Below, in pieces: positions 62,621 through 64,000 of a stretch of 64,000 nt of DNA. The notes under the pieces are model-generated. The model was not told where the DNA came from, did no database searches, and worked only from the letters and a program-made list of their open reading frames with translations. This DNA comes from Ruditapes philippinarum (Eukaryota). The stretch lies in contig NW_026855127.1 in the NCBI RefSeq assembly GCF_026571515.1, positions 124,001 to 188,000 of the forward strand, written 5' to 3'. Made by a program: the position numbers and the translations under genes. Position 1 is the first letter of the stretch; the number at the start of each line of letters is the position of its first letter.

Positions 62621-64000
62621 CGCGCTATGGACGGTTACTTAAGCTTAAATCGGAAGACACAGTATAATAATTATATAATCAAATCAATTCAAGGTTTACC
62701 TGTAACACTTTACTATCTTATGTAACTCTTTGTCATTTCTAATGCCTGGGTGCAATTTTGGTTGAGCATTTTGAATGTTGTACAAGTAATGATAGTATAA
62801 AAAGATCCCAAAATTAACGCAATATTCAAAGCATGTTTCGCTTTATAAATTACATCAGTGGATATGATAAAAAAACGAAGGAACAAATATTAAATGAAAA
62901 ATCTTCAATTATTAGATTTAAATTATTTATTATCATTATGGTATGTTACTAGTGCCCCACATTGCATTTCTATAGTAATTCATCAATGTTTATTTATTTA
63001 AACTGGTTGAAAACCATTAAAAGTATTTTTACATTTTTGCTTTTCATGATTTGAAATGCCAAAATTAAATAAGAATTAATAAAAATAGAGAACAATATTT
63101 TTAATATTTTTGGCCAAGTAATAATAGTCTTATTCTTGCCATTTTTAGACACATGAACATGTATATTGTTAATCAATCTAATAGATCTTAAGTAAAGTAT
63201 GGAAAAATATGAAAAAAATTACGTAGAGTTTTTCTTGTTAATAATGATTCTTGTGCGCATTTCGCATATAAAGTCGTTTTATTCATTACAATAATAACAT
63301 AATTTTCAAATAATTTTGTTATTTAAAACTGACGAACAGGCAACAGGAAAATTCAAGATAACTTTAAAAGAAATCAAAATAATTTTACCTTGTGTCTCGT
63401 CTCACCTTCATCACAAAATAGGAGAAAAAACAGAATGCATTAAGAACTCCAAGAACAATAAACATAGAATGTTGCAGGTTCGGCTTGATTAAACCTCTTC
63501 ATAGACAGTACTGGAAAGTGCTCTCTTCCTTCAACGCCCCTTAGCACCGTCTTAAGCAGAATTCAACAATTAAACAAGTTCACAGTGTTCTATAACATTC
63601 AATACATTTCAAAAGCGTCATTGATAGTCACAATGATATAATCATTCAAGGTTTCAGCGCAAACTGATTTATTGCCTCTTAATATATAATAATCATTTGC
63701 ATTGCCTCGATTTCGGAAGTGTGATCTGATTATAAAACGTATACACCTTTGAACTAGCCAATCAAATCTCATTGACCAAAGCTGTTACTGCTCATCTAGT
63801 TGAAATCTAGCTTAGCCTGCTGTGAGTTTGACGTGATATTTATGATTCTCAGATCTATCACACGCCTTTGTAATGAAATGTGTGCAATATCATAAAATTG
63901 TCCTTTTAAAAAATGAACCATTTTTCTGCCAGAAAATATATTGAAATATCTAAAAACAATGTTTCTAAATAGCGAAGAACTCTATTACATAAATTTTGAA

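Overview
AT-rich, intron-containing animal DNA; the repeat types and gene families suggest a mollusc, probably a bivalve (inference). The left half (1-31421, + strand) can be spliced by hand into one phase-consistent, stop-free reading frame of 35 GT-AG exons. It totals about 6.97 kb, or at least about 2320 aa, and its 5' end lies outside the window. It encodes a giant GRL101/RXFP-type (LGR type C) receptor with the order: ApeC-like, half C-type lectin, F5/8C, PAN/apple, CUB x2, C-type lectin, LDLa x4, Caspr-type fibrinogen-like, Cys module, LDLa, vWA-like, LDLa, LRRNT plus about 7 LRR, hinge, 7TM, and a cytoplasmic kinase C-lobe remnant (pseudokinase-like). Its introns hold a mariner fragment, tRNA-derived SINEs, a young Helentron-type (HINE) element, minisatellites, hairpin elements and a sense-strand hammerhead-ribozyme motif. 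About 30 kb of repeat-littered non-coding DNA follows. The window ends with a convergent class A GPCR whose coding region lies in one exon (FMRFamide/peptide-receptor-like, minus strand, 61387-62352). All domain calls are by-eye motif recognition; no searches were run.
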